Origin: Candidatus Thalassarchaeaceae archaeon
Lineage (GTDB): Archaea > Thermoplasmatota > Poseidoniia > Poseidoniales > Thalassarchaeaceae
Assembly: GCA_045568075.1 (NCBI GenBank)
Contig: JBJLBP010000001.1
Location: forward strand, 930,001-962,000
Direction: 5' to 3'
DNA: 32,000 nt
A program made the position numbers and the translations under genes. Under the pieces are notes generated by a model, which did not search any database, was not told the DNA's origin, and saw only the letters and a list, made by a program, of their open reading frames with translations. The first letter of the stretch is position 1. Every line of letters begins with the position of its first letter. This document shows positions 1-7,603 of this stretch, in pieces.

Positions 1-1113
1 GTAGCGCTTTCTGAGTCGTGGAAATATATCGAAGATGAATCACTAGAGTTGCCTACTGGATTAGAACTCGAGGTTATGGTCGTCGCTGCAGGTCTCTCAG
101 CCCTCGTAGGTTGGATGACTCTGACAGGTTCTCTTCTAGCGATGCTCAAACTCAAGGGTGGCGTGGAAATTTTCGGTAAGTGGATTCGTACACCTACTTG
201 GGGCCCTGAATGGTTGAATCCAATCAAGGCCATCTTGTTCTTAGGAACTCTAGTTCTAATCGTCCTAGCGATTGATGATCCTACCAATACCGATTACCTC
301 TACGCGATAATTGGAATTTCTTGTCTCCTAGGAATTCTCCTCGTCCTGCCTATAGGCGGCGCTGATATGCCAGTCGTAGTCTCTCTGCTTAACTCGCTGT
401 CAGGAATCGCCGCCGCATTCACCGGTTTCATCATCTCAAACAGCGTCCTCATCGTAGCCGGTTCACTCGTCGGCGCAAGCGGTCTAATCTTGACTTTCAT
501 CATGTGTAAGGCGATGAATCGACAACTCAAGGATGTCCTGTTCAAGGCCTTCGGTGGCTCGGATAAGGAACAGGTAACACGCACTAAGGTGGGCAGCGAT
601 GCCGACGAGGTAGCGATGATGATCGATGGTGCCCAGAAAATCATAATTGTTCCTGGATACGGAATGGCGGTAAGCCAGTGCCAACACCAAGTGAAGGAAT
701 TCGCAGATTTGGTCAGCGAGAAGTTCGATACTGAAGTGAAGTATGCAATTCACCCAGTAGCAGGAAGGATGCCTGGTCACATGAATGTCCTACTCGCTGA
801 GGCAAACGTGCCTTATGAGCAACTCATCGAGATGGCCGAAATCAATCCTGAAATGCCTGAAGCAGATATTGCACTCATCATCGGTGCTAACGACACTTGC
901 AACCCTGCAGCACGCACTGGTGAAGGCCCTCTCGCTGGAATGCCAATCATCGACGCTGACGTCGCTCGTACGGTTGTAATAATCAAGCGCAGTCTATCAG
1001 TTGGCTATGCTGGAGTGGACAATGACCTATTCTACATGGACAAGACGATGATGCTCTTTGGTGATGGAAAGAAAATGATGAATGAACTCAACTCGGCAGT
1101 CAAGGAGCTGTGA
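1..1113 (+). CDS. pntB: NAD(P) transhydrogenase subunit beta, 5' end cut by the window edge
   Basis: Frame 1 is open from nt 1, and the ORF-track start at 49 is only the first TTG. Blocks 'GGADMPVVVSLLNSLSG', 'PGYGMAVSQ', 'HPVAGRMPGHMNVLLAEANVPY' and 'GANDTCNPAA' match E. coli PntB almost residue for residue. About 90 N-terminal residues are missing compared with a ~460-aa PntB. Confidence 0.9.
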   Translation, partial: VALSESWKYIEDESLELPTGLELEVMVVAAGLSALVGWMTLTGSLLAMLKLKGGVEIFGKWIRTPTWGPEWLNPIKAILFLGTLVLIVLAIDDPTNTDYLYAIIGISCLLGILLVLPIGGADMPVVVSLLNSLSGIAAAFTGFIISNSVLIVAGSLVGASGLILTFIMCKAMNRQLKDVLFKAFGGSDKEQVTRTKVGSDADEVAMMIDGAQKIIIVPGYGMAVSQCQHQVKEFADLVSEKFDTEVKYAIHPVAGRMPGHMNVLLAEANVPYEQLIEMAEINPEMPEADIALIIGANDTCNPAARTGEGPLAGMPIIDADVARTVVIIKRSLSVGYAGVDNDLFYMDKTMMLFGDGKKMMNELNSAVKEL

Positions 1114-1119
1114 TAGCGA

Positions 1120-1138
1120 CGCCTCCCCTTGGGAGGCG
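1120..1138 (+). terminator. GC-rich hairpin (8-bp stem CGCCTCCC/GGGAGGCG, loop CTT) 7 nt after the pntB stop, followed by a T-rich stretch
   Basis: Perfect inverted repeat read directly from the sequence. 'ttatttgtt' lies downstream. Terminator function is inferred. Confidence 0.4.
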
Positions 1139-1192
1139 AGCAAGCAATGGTTATTTGTTCGACGAGACTGGGAAAGAGGAAGGTGAGTGTAG

Positions 1193-2185
1193 ATGGGTCG
1201 TACTCCGAGACTTCTGGTTGCATTAATTCTCATCGGCTTACTGGCACTTCCAGTCATCGCGAATAGCCAGGGCCCACCTTATCTCAATGCCGAGAATGAC
1301 GAGACGGCCAAATACGGTTGCACCTGCCACGGTAACGCGGCACCCGGTGACCGTGCTGTTGTGATGATTTCAGGAGTGCCGGTGATGTATGATGCTGGTG
1401 CAGATTACGAGATGATTATCACGGTCGCTGATTCGGTCACCCTATCTGGTTCGGATGGCAATACGAAGGCAGGATTCCTCCTCACAGCGAATGGAATGGG
1501 AAGTTTCTCATGGGATTCTTCGGAGGGGATTCGCGAGGCTGAGGACAATCCAGAAGCAATCTCTCAAGATCAGACCGGAAATGGTGTTTGGACATTCACT
1601 TGGTCAGCACCTGCAAGTGATTCAGGTGCGGCACACTTCAGCCTCGTCGGTAATTCAGTGGACGCTAGCGGCTTGCCAGACGAGGGCGATTATTGGAACA
1701 TACTGACTTTCTCAATCAATGCCCCCGGAACTATAGCCGATGGTGACAGCGATGCAGTGCTACAAACTCGCACCATCGCAGTCGGCGATTATGAGACTCT
1801 ATTTGTCCTTGAAGAAAGTGAAGCTGAGAAGGAAGCAGAGCGCCAGAAGCATCTATCGGAAACAATTTTCGAAAAGGGCAATTTGTTCTACTGGACCTCA
1901 CTAACCGCTCTTCTTGTTGGTGCAGTTTTCCAGCGTGAAATCATGGAACGCCGATACGAAACCGGCCCTGAACATCTTGCTATGGAATTAGCCTATCCAC
2001 AAGGAATTCGTAGGGGGCTAGTTGCCGTTCTCGCATTCTATCTAGCAGTTCATTGGACAGCGAATGGAGGTCAAGGCGATTTCATCATTGGCTGTACTTG
2101 GTTCATCGCGGCTTGGGCATCATACGGTGTCTATCGAACAGTACGCTCGGCCCAAGCCGAGGCAACCGTTCACGATGTGATGTGA
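1193..2185 (+). CDS. Exported Reeler-like beta-sandwich protein with a C-terminal 3-TM anchor; function unknown
   Basis: GGAGG-like RBS (gaggaaggtgag) precedes the ATG. N-terminal signal peptide 'LLVALILIGLLALPVIANSQ'. 'GCTCHG' lies near the mature N-terminus. 'KAGFLLTA..GSFSW', 'WTFTWSAPASDSGAAHFSLVG' and 'GDYWNILTFSI' resemble the Reeler-domain pattern (C..HG, GFllqA, W.aP, yw). An acidic linker and three hydrophobic helices follow. Confidence 0.6.
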   Translation: MGRTPRLLVALILIGLLALPVIANSQGPPYLNAENDETAKYGCTCHGNAAPGDRAVVMISGVPVMYDAGADYEMIITVADSVTLSGSDGNTKAGFLLTANGMGSFSWDSSEGIREAEDNPEAISQDQTGNGVWTFTWSAPASDSGAAHFSLVGNSVDASGLPDEGDYWNILTFSINAPGTIADGDSDAVLQTRTIAVGDYETLFVLEESEAEKEAERQKHLSETIFEKGNLFYWTSLTALLVGAVFQREIMERRYETGPEHLAMELAYPQGIRRGLVAVLAFYLAVHWTANGGQGDFIIGCTWFIAAWASYGVYRTVRSAQAEATVHDVM

Positions 2186-2186
2186 G

Positions 2187-3305
2187 ATGGTGACGGCATC
2201 GAACACCGACCGGCTTGCTCCGGTCGGTGAGCACCTCGGTGCACTCCATTCAGTAATTCGTAGAGCGGCTCTCGTTTTCCTTGCTTCTGCCGCTCTTGCA
2301 TTATTCTGGGTTGATGGAATCCTTCACGATTGGGCGCTCTCTCAATCTCCAGGCGGTGCTCTATCGATCTACGGACCTTATGATTGGGTCGAGATGCGAT
2401 TTACTGCGGTTTTCATCATAGCAGCTGTGGTCACCTTACCGATTGCATCCCTAGATCTCCGGCTCTTTGCACGCCCAGGGCTCCTCCCTACAGAGCGAAG
2501 GTGGCTCGATTCATTCCTCATAATCAGCGCAATCTCTTTGCCCCTGATTCTTCACACAGTTTGGTTCAATATGATTCCACAATACATCGAGGCAGGAATT
2601 CAATTTGATTCGATTGCTGGAGTATCTGCTCACTTTGATGCCGCCGAAATCTTCGCCCTCGCCAGTGGTCTGTCTTGGATTTTGATAATCGCGTTCATGA
2701 CCACGCTGTTTCTCTCACTTTCACGACTTTTTGGTTTGGTCGAGGAAGGCCGGAGCAGATTTAGGAATCGATCCCTAGCAATCTGCGGCGGAACGCTGAT
2801 TCTTACTCTCCCGGATGTTTTCGAAGGAGTCCGCGTAATGACTGCGATTCTAGTGATATTACTCGCCGAATCGATATCTAGAACCACCCCCTCTGGTCCA
2901 CTAGGTCCTCGTAGACCAAGGGTAATGTCGATGGTTGATACTCAAGGTATTTCACAACGTCCTGCGCTTCTTGCTTGCTCTTGCGAAGGCGCTTGCCCTA
3001 GTGTGGAAACCGCATGGATGGCGACAGACTCCTTACCCCTCCTGAACGCAACAGCCCTTTGCCTCGAAGAAGACGAGCAACAAGCGGTATTGGAGTTGGC
3101 ACGAAGCAGTGGCATCACCAATCTGACAATAACCGGTTGCGACTCAACTCCGATTCCAGCATCTTTGAGGGCAAATTTAACCGCATCAGGCACTCAATTG
3201 GATGGGTTGAGTTGGCTCGACGATGATCGGTCAACTAATCCCGCTTGGAGGAAACAAGCCCTCCAATTCCTTTTTTCACGTTTTTCACCGGCAAGCGATG
3301 AATGA
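2187..3305 (+). CDS. tatC: Sec-independent translocase subunit TatC homologue with an atypical ~140-aa Cys-rich C-terminal extension
   Basis: 'PVGEHLGALHSVIRRAALVFL', 'LFARPGLLPTERRW' and 'LTLPDVFEG' match the TatC blocks 'PLITHLIELRKRL', 'FIAPALYKHERR' and 'LTPPDVFSQ'. Six hydrophobic segments. The start lies 1 nt after the upstream stop (TGAgATG). Confidence 0.75.
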   Translation: MVTASNTDRLAPVGEHLGALHSVIRRAALVFLASAALALFWVDGILHDWALSQSPGGALSIYGPYDWVEMRFTAVFIIAAVVTLPIASLDLRLFARPGLLPTERRWLDSFLIISAISLPLILHTVWFNMIPQYIEAGIQFDSIAGVSAHFDAAEIFALASGLSWILIIAFMTTLFLSLSRLFGLVEEGRSRFRNRSLAICGGTLILTLPDVFEGVRVMTAILVILLAESISRTTPSGPLGPRRPRVMSMVDTQGISQRPALLACSCEGACPSVETAWMATDSLPLLNATALCLEEDEQQAVLELARSSGITNLTITGCDSTPIPASLRANLTASGTQLDGLSWLDDDRSTNPAWRKQALQFLFSRFSPASDE

Positions 3306-3338
3306 CGTCACGAATCAAGAGCATCTGCGTTCGTCAAC

Positions 3339-3359
3339 CCGTTCCCTTCAAGGGAACGG
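3339..3359 (+). terminator. Hairpin CCGTTCCC(T)-TCA-(A)GGGAACGG, 34 nt after the tatC stop
   Basis: Perfect 8-9 bp inverted repeat read directly from the sequence. Terminator function is inferred. Confidence 0.4.
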
Positions 3360-3376
3360 AATGATGCGTCAATAGC

Positions 3377-5410
3377 ATGAGAGTGCACAGAGCGGTCATT
3401 GCGACTATGCTTCTGGTGAGCGCTCTCTTCGTCCATATGAATGGTGAACTCGTAGATGATTGGGCCTCCAAACAAGCGCCAAGGGAGCAAACTGAACCCT
3501 TGTCGCTACTTGGTATCCAAGCCAACGAAGAGTGGCTTGTTCTGCAAGTTGAATTTCCAAATAGTCCCTATTCAGAAAGTCGTGCCAGAAGTCTGCTGAT
3601 GGGAGCCGGATCAGCCGAGGAATACATCGAGGAGATGACAGCAGGCTCATCCACTCTCTCAGTGACTCTATTCGGCGAAGTCTGGGAAGCCTCTCAGGGC
3701 GTCAAGCGTTGGGGGGAGGATGTCGACGGCGAACGTGACCATGGAGCCGATGGAAATGGAGCAGAGACACTTCTTCACGAAGTAGCCACTGACGTCCTTG
3801 TTGGCCAAGATTTGAGTCGTTGGGATCTCAACAATGACGGCGTAGTAGACCGAATTCTAATCTTGCATTCCTCAGAACCACAGGAAAAAGGAGGTGGGGC
3901 TAATTCACTCTGGAGCCACTTCACTGGAATGCAGGAACCATTGGTTATCGGCGACTGGTCCATTGAACACTTCACCGTCGCTTCAGTCAATTCCGGTCTG
4001 GGCACAATAGTCCACGAAATGCTCCATCAGATGGGTGCTCTCGACCTCTACGATGTCCACAGCGAATTGCCGACCAGCAATTGGAATGGCATTGGAGATT
4101 GGGGCTTGATGGCGAGTGGTAATTGGAATGGAAATGGAGCCATCCCCTCATTGCCTTCCTCGTCTACTCTAGACTTAATTGGAGTCGAAAGAAGCATTAC
4201 TATCGAACCTGATATTGATTCAACTCACTCTATTTCAGGAATCAGCGAAGGTGGTTCCTCGATAGAGGTGGAGATAGGTCCGAATGAGTGGATTCGCTTT
4301 ACTCTACGTTCGGACGCCGGCTTTGACTCAGCTCTCCCCGGCCACGGCGTCCTCGTCGAACAACAAGATCGCAATAACGGAGACGAGGATGAGAACCTCG
4401 TCAATACAGATCCCGATTCGGCATGGTTGCGGATAATTGAGGCGGATGGAGATGCTGCTCTCGAGAGAGGAAGAGACACTGGAGCAGCAGAAGATGTCTT
4501 CACCGAAGGCGGCCAATTAGGTGCTACTGGAATGCAAATCCGTGACAGTCGCGGCCGCCTTGTCCCTTGGATAGCAAACATAGACTCAGTTACATCCGGC
4601 CAAGCGATAATTTCTTTTGATTTCCCTGACCAATCTTCATCTGTGGACATTTTGCCACCGAGAGGTCCACTCGAGGTTCTCGGCGCTGAGACAATCTTCG
4701 CCAGTATCAGTGCCGACCAATCCTGTAATTTACTGGTTGATGTGCACTCTTCAGCTTCATCAGCCGAAGGTGGTCCAAGGGTTGTGGAGGTCCCTGAAGG
4801 AATTTCCACTTTCGAGTTGCTGCCCGCCAGTGAGATAGAAGGTCCGGCTGGTTATTTGCGAGGCTCAGTCGGTTGCGAAGGTGAAAGACAATTGGAAATC
4901 GACCTCGATTGGTATTCAGTAGGACACAGAATCGAAAGCGAACATATCTCTGAGATTATTGCGTGGGACGAAGCATCACGAATCTCCCTCACAACCTCGT
5001 GTTCCGGAAGCGCATCCCGGACATATTCGATAGCCATTGAAGGTGCACTTTCCCGAATCGCTTCTGTCCGTAATCAAGGAGAGTTCGATGCTTGTCCAAT
5101 CATCGAACTAGACATCGAACCTGCTGGTCTTTTGACACCAGGAATGGTCGCAGAAGGAGAATTAGTTTTCGTCGATACTTTTGGTCTTGAACAGCGTGTT
5201 GCAGTGACTTTGACAGCTCAGTCTTCATTCAATGGTGATAGCCCTCTAAATTGGTTAGTTCAGCCAAGTAATGCTATCATGACGATCATGTTACTTCTTG
5301 CGATATCGGTTGTAACCGGAGGAAACACACGTGCTCCAACTTCTGCCTCTTCTCCCCCCCAAACTCTCTCTGAGTCTGAAACGGTCGAGCGGGACTTCAG
5401 CGCCGATTAG
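3377..5410 (+). CDS. Secreted, C-terminally anchored M6 (InhA-like) zinc metalloprotease
   Basis: Signal-like N-terminus 'AVIATMLLVSALFV'. The HExxH block 'TIVHEMLHQMGALDLYD' followed by 'GDWGLMASGNW' matches the M6-family domain pattern (HEfgHdLGLPDeYD ... WslMssG). C-terminal hydrophobic helix 'AIMTIMLLLAISVV'. Confidence 0.75.
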   Translation: MRVHRAVIATMLLVSALFVHMNGELVDDWASKQAPREQTEPLSLLGIQANEEWLVLQVEFPNSPYSESRARSLLMGAGSAEEYIEEMTAGSSTLSVTLFGEVWEASQGVKRWGEDVDGERDHGADGNGAETLLHEVATDVLVGQDLSRWDLNNDGVVDRILILHSSEPQEKGGGANSLWSHFTGMQEPLVIGDWSIEHFTVASVNSGLGTIVHEMLHQMGALDLYDVHSELPTSNWNGIGDWGLMASGNWNGNGAIPSLPSSSTLDLIGVERSITIEPDIDSTHSISGISEGGSSIEVEIGPNEWIRFTLRSDAGFDSALPGHGVLVEQQDRNNGDEDENLVNTDPDSAWLRIIEADGDAALERGRDTGAAEDVFTEGGQLGATGMQIRDSRGRLVPWIANIDSVTSGQAIISFDFPDQSSSVDILPPRGPLEVLGAETIFASISADQSCNLLVDVHSSASSAEGGPRVVEVPEGISTFELLPASEIEGPAGYLRGSVGCEGERQLEIDLDWYSVGHRIESEHISEIIAWDEASRISLTTSCSGSASRTYSIAIEGALSRIASVRNQGEFDACPIIELDIEPAGLLTPGMVAEGELVFVDTFGLEQRVAVTLTAQSSFNGDSPLNWLVQPSNAIMTIMLLLAISVVTGGNTRAPTSASSPPQTLSESETVERDFSAD

Positions 5411-6395
5411 GATTCGACCAGCGCGAATCCGCAGGCGGGCGTGTGACTGCAAGATAACACCAGTTTTCTCCATATTGAACAGGATGCAACCAGATCTTGT
5501 TCACTCCGGCCGCCAATCTCGACGCCAAACAAGCTCCACCCCAATCCTGAGGCGCCTCCGAAGGAAGGACCACGAGATATGGTGCGTGATCTTCTCCAAG
5601 CGGCTTGTCATAACAGCGCCATCGAGTACCATACTTGAATCCCGGGCGCATAACAAGTCCTCTCCCAAGTAAATCATTGAGAATCTGTGCCCCCTCTGAA
5701 AGTGGTTCTCGACCATCTATAATTTCGCAAGTAATTCCATCGACATACACCCCTGCTTCGGTTGGGACGCCGAGTTGTTGAATAGTCCATGAATCGGTGG
5801 AATACAAGCGACCTCCTCCAGAATTAACTCCATCAGAGGTTGCATTGAGTGCAGCAAAAACGCTAGTTGAATCCAATTCGCCTTCTGGGTTGGACGAAGA
5901 CACCCGGTAAGTGACCACGCTCAATTCAGAATCGACGACGAGCACTTCAGCAACGCGCCCGTTAGAGGCAACACGCTCAGCCCACTCAAACAGTCCTTCA
6001 GAATTCAAGGAATCTGAGTCTTGGAACCATCTTACCTCTGCTATCGGAGATGAATCCCTCGGATGAGTATCGGAAGCCCAACGAGCAGCCCAACTATCGT
6101 CCTGTGCCGTCTGCCCGACAACCTCCAAATTAGCAGTTAAAATCACTTTATTTCCAGGTACACGTAAAGCTTCCAAAACTGCAAATTGTTGCATCAAAAG
6201 TCTATCAGCATTCAGAGCAGTGGCTAACCAATCATCTGAAGGAAAATCCACATTTCTATGGTGATGGACGAAGAGTGTCTCAGCCGGCGAGAGCAATAGA
6301 GAACCACCTTCTGCGGGTCGCCCAATTGCTGACTTATGCCACAACCTATCGGCCGCCGAACCACTGTAGGTCCAGGGTGACGAGGATGGGGTCAT
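5397..6395 (-). CDS. endA: tRNA-splicing (intron) endonuclease, long two-unit form
   Basis: The C-terminal catalytic block 'RPGFKYGTRWRCYDKPLGEDHAPYLVVL...AAGVNKIW' supplies the Tyr/His/Lys triad pattern of archaeal EndA. The 332-aa length fits the duplicated (alpha2-type) enzymes. Confidence 0.75.
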   Translation of the reverse strand: MTPSSSPWTYSGSAADRLWHKSAIGRPAEGGSLLLSPAETLFVHHHRNVDFPSDDWLATALNADRLLMQQFAVLEALRVPGNKVILTANLEVVGQTAQDDSWAARWASDTHPRDSSPIAEVRWFQDSDSLNSEGLFEWAERVASNGRVAEVLVVDSELSVVTYRVSSSNPEGELDSTSVFAALNATSDGVNSGGGRLYSTDSWTIQQLGVPTEAGVYVDGITCEIIDGREPLSEGAQILNDLLGRGLVMRPGFKYGTRWRCYDKPLGEDHAPYLVVLPSEAPQDWGGACLASRLAAGVNKIWLHPVQYGENWCYLAVTRPPADSRWSNPNRR

Positions 6396-6491
6396 ACCCG
6401 TTCGAGGAGCCTATTTCGCTTGAGTGCGTCGGTCGGGGCAGGAGGGTGTGCGGCCCCCAAAACTCATTCATCTCCACTCTCACGAGGAGTC

Positions 6492-7550
6492 ATGGCAATG
6501 GGCGAAGACGAGCTCTCGCGGACTGATTCACTGCTTCGATTACGGGCATCTCTTGACGCGATGGTAGGCTCTCGAGTGACACTTCTAGGTGATGTGATGC
6601 TTGATCGCTACCACCACGGTTACGCAAATAACCTCAATTCAATCGCTCCAGTTCCCGTACTCAAGATATTCCAGACAGATGAGAGCCCAGGGGCTGCTGC
6701 TCACATCGCGCGAGGACTAAATTCGATTGGTTTAGAAGTCGGATTCCATACTTTCGTGGGTGATGATCGCGAAGGGAGTTCCATCGTCGAGATGCTGGCA
6801 AATGATGGGATTTCAACAACTGGAATCGAGCGTGTAGCCGGCCGACACACGCTCGTCAAAATTCGTTTCTTTGGCAGCCGTGAGAGTCTTTTGGACGAAA
6901 GTCAAATTCTCTTGCAAGCAGATCGTGGTCCATTAGAAGCGATGGATGATTCGATGTCGGCTAAATTGGCAGGTAATGCGATGGCTGGATTAGCCGATAG
7001 CTGCGCTCTAGTAATTTCAGATTATGACAAGGGCGCAGTCACGGTCGCAGCGGCCTCTTCCCTGATTTCTGCTGCGACAGAACAAGGAATTCCTGTGATT
7101 GTCGATCCAAAACTGACTGGATTAGAGCGAAGTAGAGGGGCCACAGTCGTTCTTGTCGAAATGCGAGGGATGGAATTGATGCGCCGTCGACTTGAAAGCG
7201 AAGATTCGCAGAATGCGGCTGACGAGTTGATTTCGACCTACGATTGGGAAGCCTTGGTAGTTCTCGGAGGTGTTCATGGAGTCACACTCTACCAATCCGA
7301 AGGTGATACTTTGCACTTCGATTGTGCAGCAGCAACACCGAAACAACAGATTGGCCTGCACGACGCGGCTGCGACAGCCCTTGCAGTTGCTCTAGGCAAT
7401 GGACTGTCGATGGAGGATGCTGGATTATTGGCAGCGGCTGCTTGTGATTGCATTCTTACCGCCGAAGCGAGCCATGAATTCGTTGACCGCGAAACTCTTG
7501 GAACTTGGCTGGATGAGTTGTCATGGCAATTGCATATCTCTGAAAGATGA
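6492..7550 (+). CDS. PfkB/ribokinase-family sugar kinase, RfaE/HldE domain-I-like
   Basis: 'VTLLGDVMLDRYHHGYANNLNSIAPVPVLKI' and 'VIVDPK' match the heptose-7-phosphate kinase domain pattern (GDvmLDrY..G.v.RiSPEAPVPV, DPKG). I prefer the ATG at 6492, preceded by GAGGAG, over the in-frame TTG at 6420 given in the ORF track. Confidence 0.7.
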   Translation: MAMGEDELSRTDSLLRLRASLDAMVGSRVTLLGDVMLDRYHHGYANNLNSIAPVPVLKIFQTDESPGAAAHIARGLNSIGLEVGFHTFVGDDREGSSIVEMLANDGISTTGIERVAGRHTLVKIRFFGSRESLLDESQILLQADRGPLEAMDDSMSAKLAGNAMAGLADSCALVISDYDKGAVTVAAASSLISAATEQGIPVIVDPKLTGLERSRGATVVLVEMRGMELMRRRLESEDSQNAADELISTYDWEALVVLGGVHGVTLYQSEGDTLHFDCAAATPKQQIGLHDAAATALAVALGNGLSMEDAGLLAAAACDCILTAEASHEFVDRETLGTWLDELSWQLHISER

Positions 7551-7583
7551 TCGAACAAATCGCCATGAGGTTCAAGACAAGTA

Positions 7584-7603
7584 ATCGAACCCAAGGGTTC
7601 GAT
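7584..7603 (+). promoter_or_regulatory. Perfect hairpin ATCGAACC(C)-AA-(G)GGTTCGAT overlapping the start codon of the next gene
   Basis: Inverted repeat read directly from the sequence. The 3' arm contains A and T of the ATG at 7602-7604. It could terminate the kinase gene, occlude the start codon, or both. Confidence 0.3.

Noticed and set aside
1319-1330. 'CTCH' in the Reeler-like protein read as a c-type heme attachment site
   Set aside because: The canonical site is CxxCH and this one is CxCH. I keep it only as a conserved-motif question inside a finding, not as a cytochrome c call.
4225-4809. 194-aa ORF antisense to the M6 metalloprotease gene
   Set aside because: It lies fully inside a gene with clear family motifs. 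The translation is Ser/Pro/Ala-rich and low in complexity, and it has no RBS. It is a typical shadow ORF.
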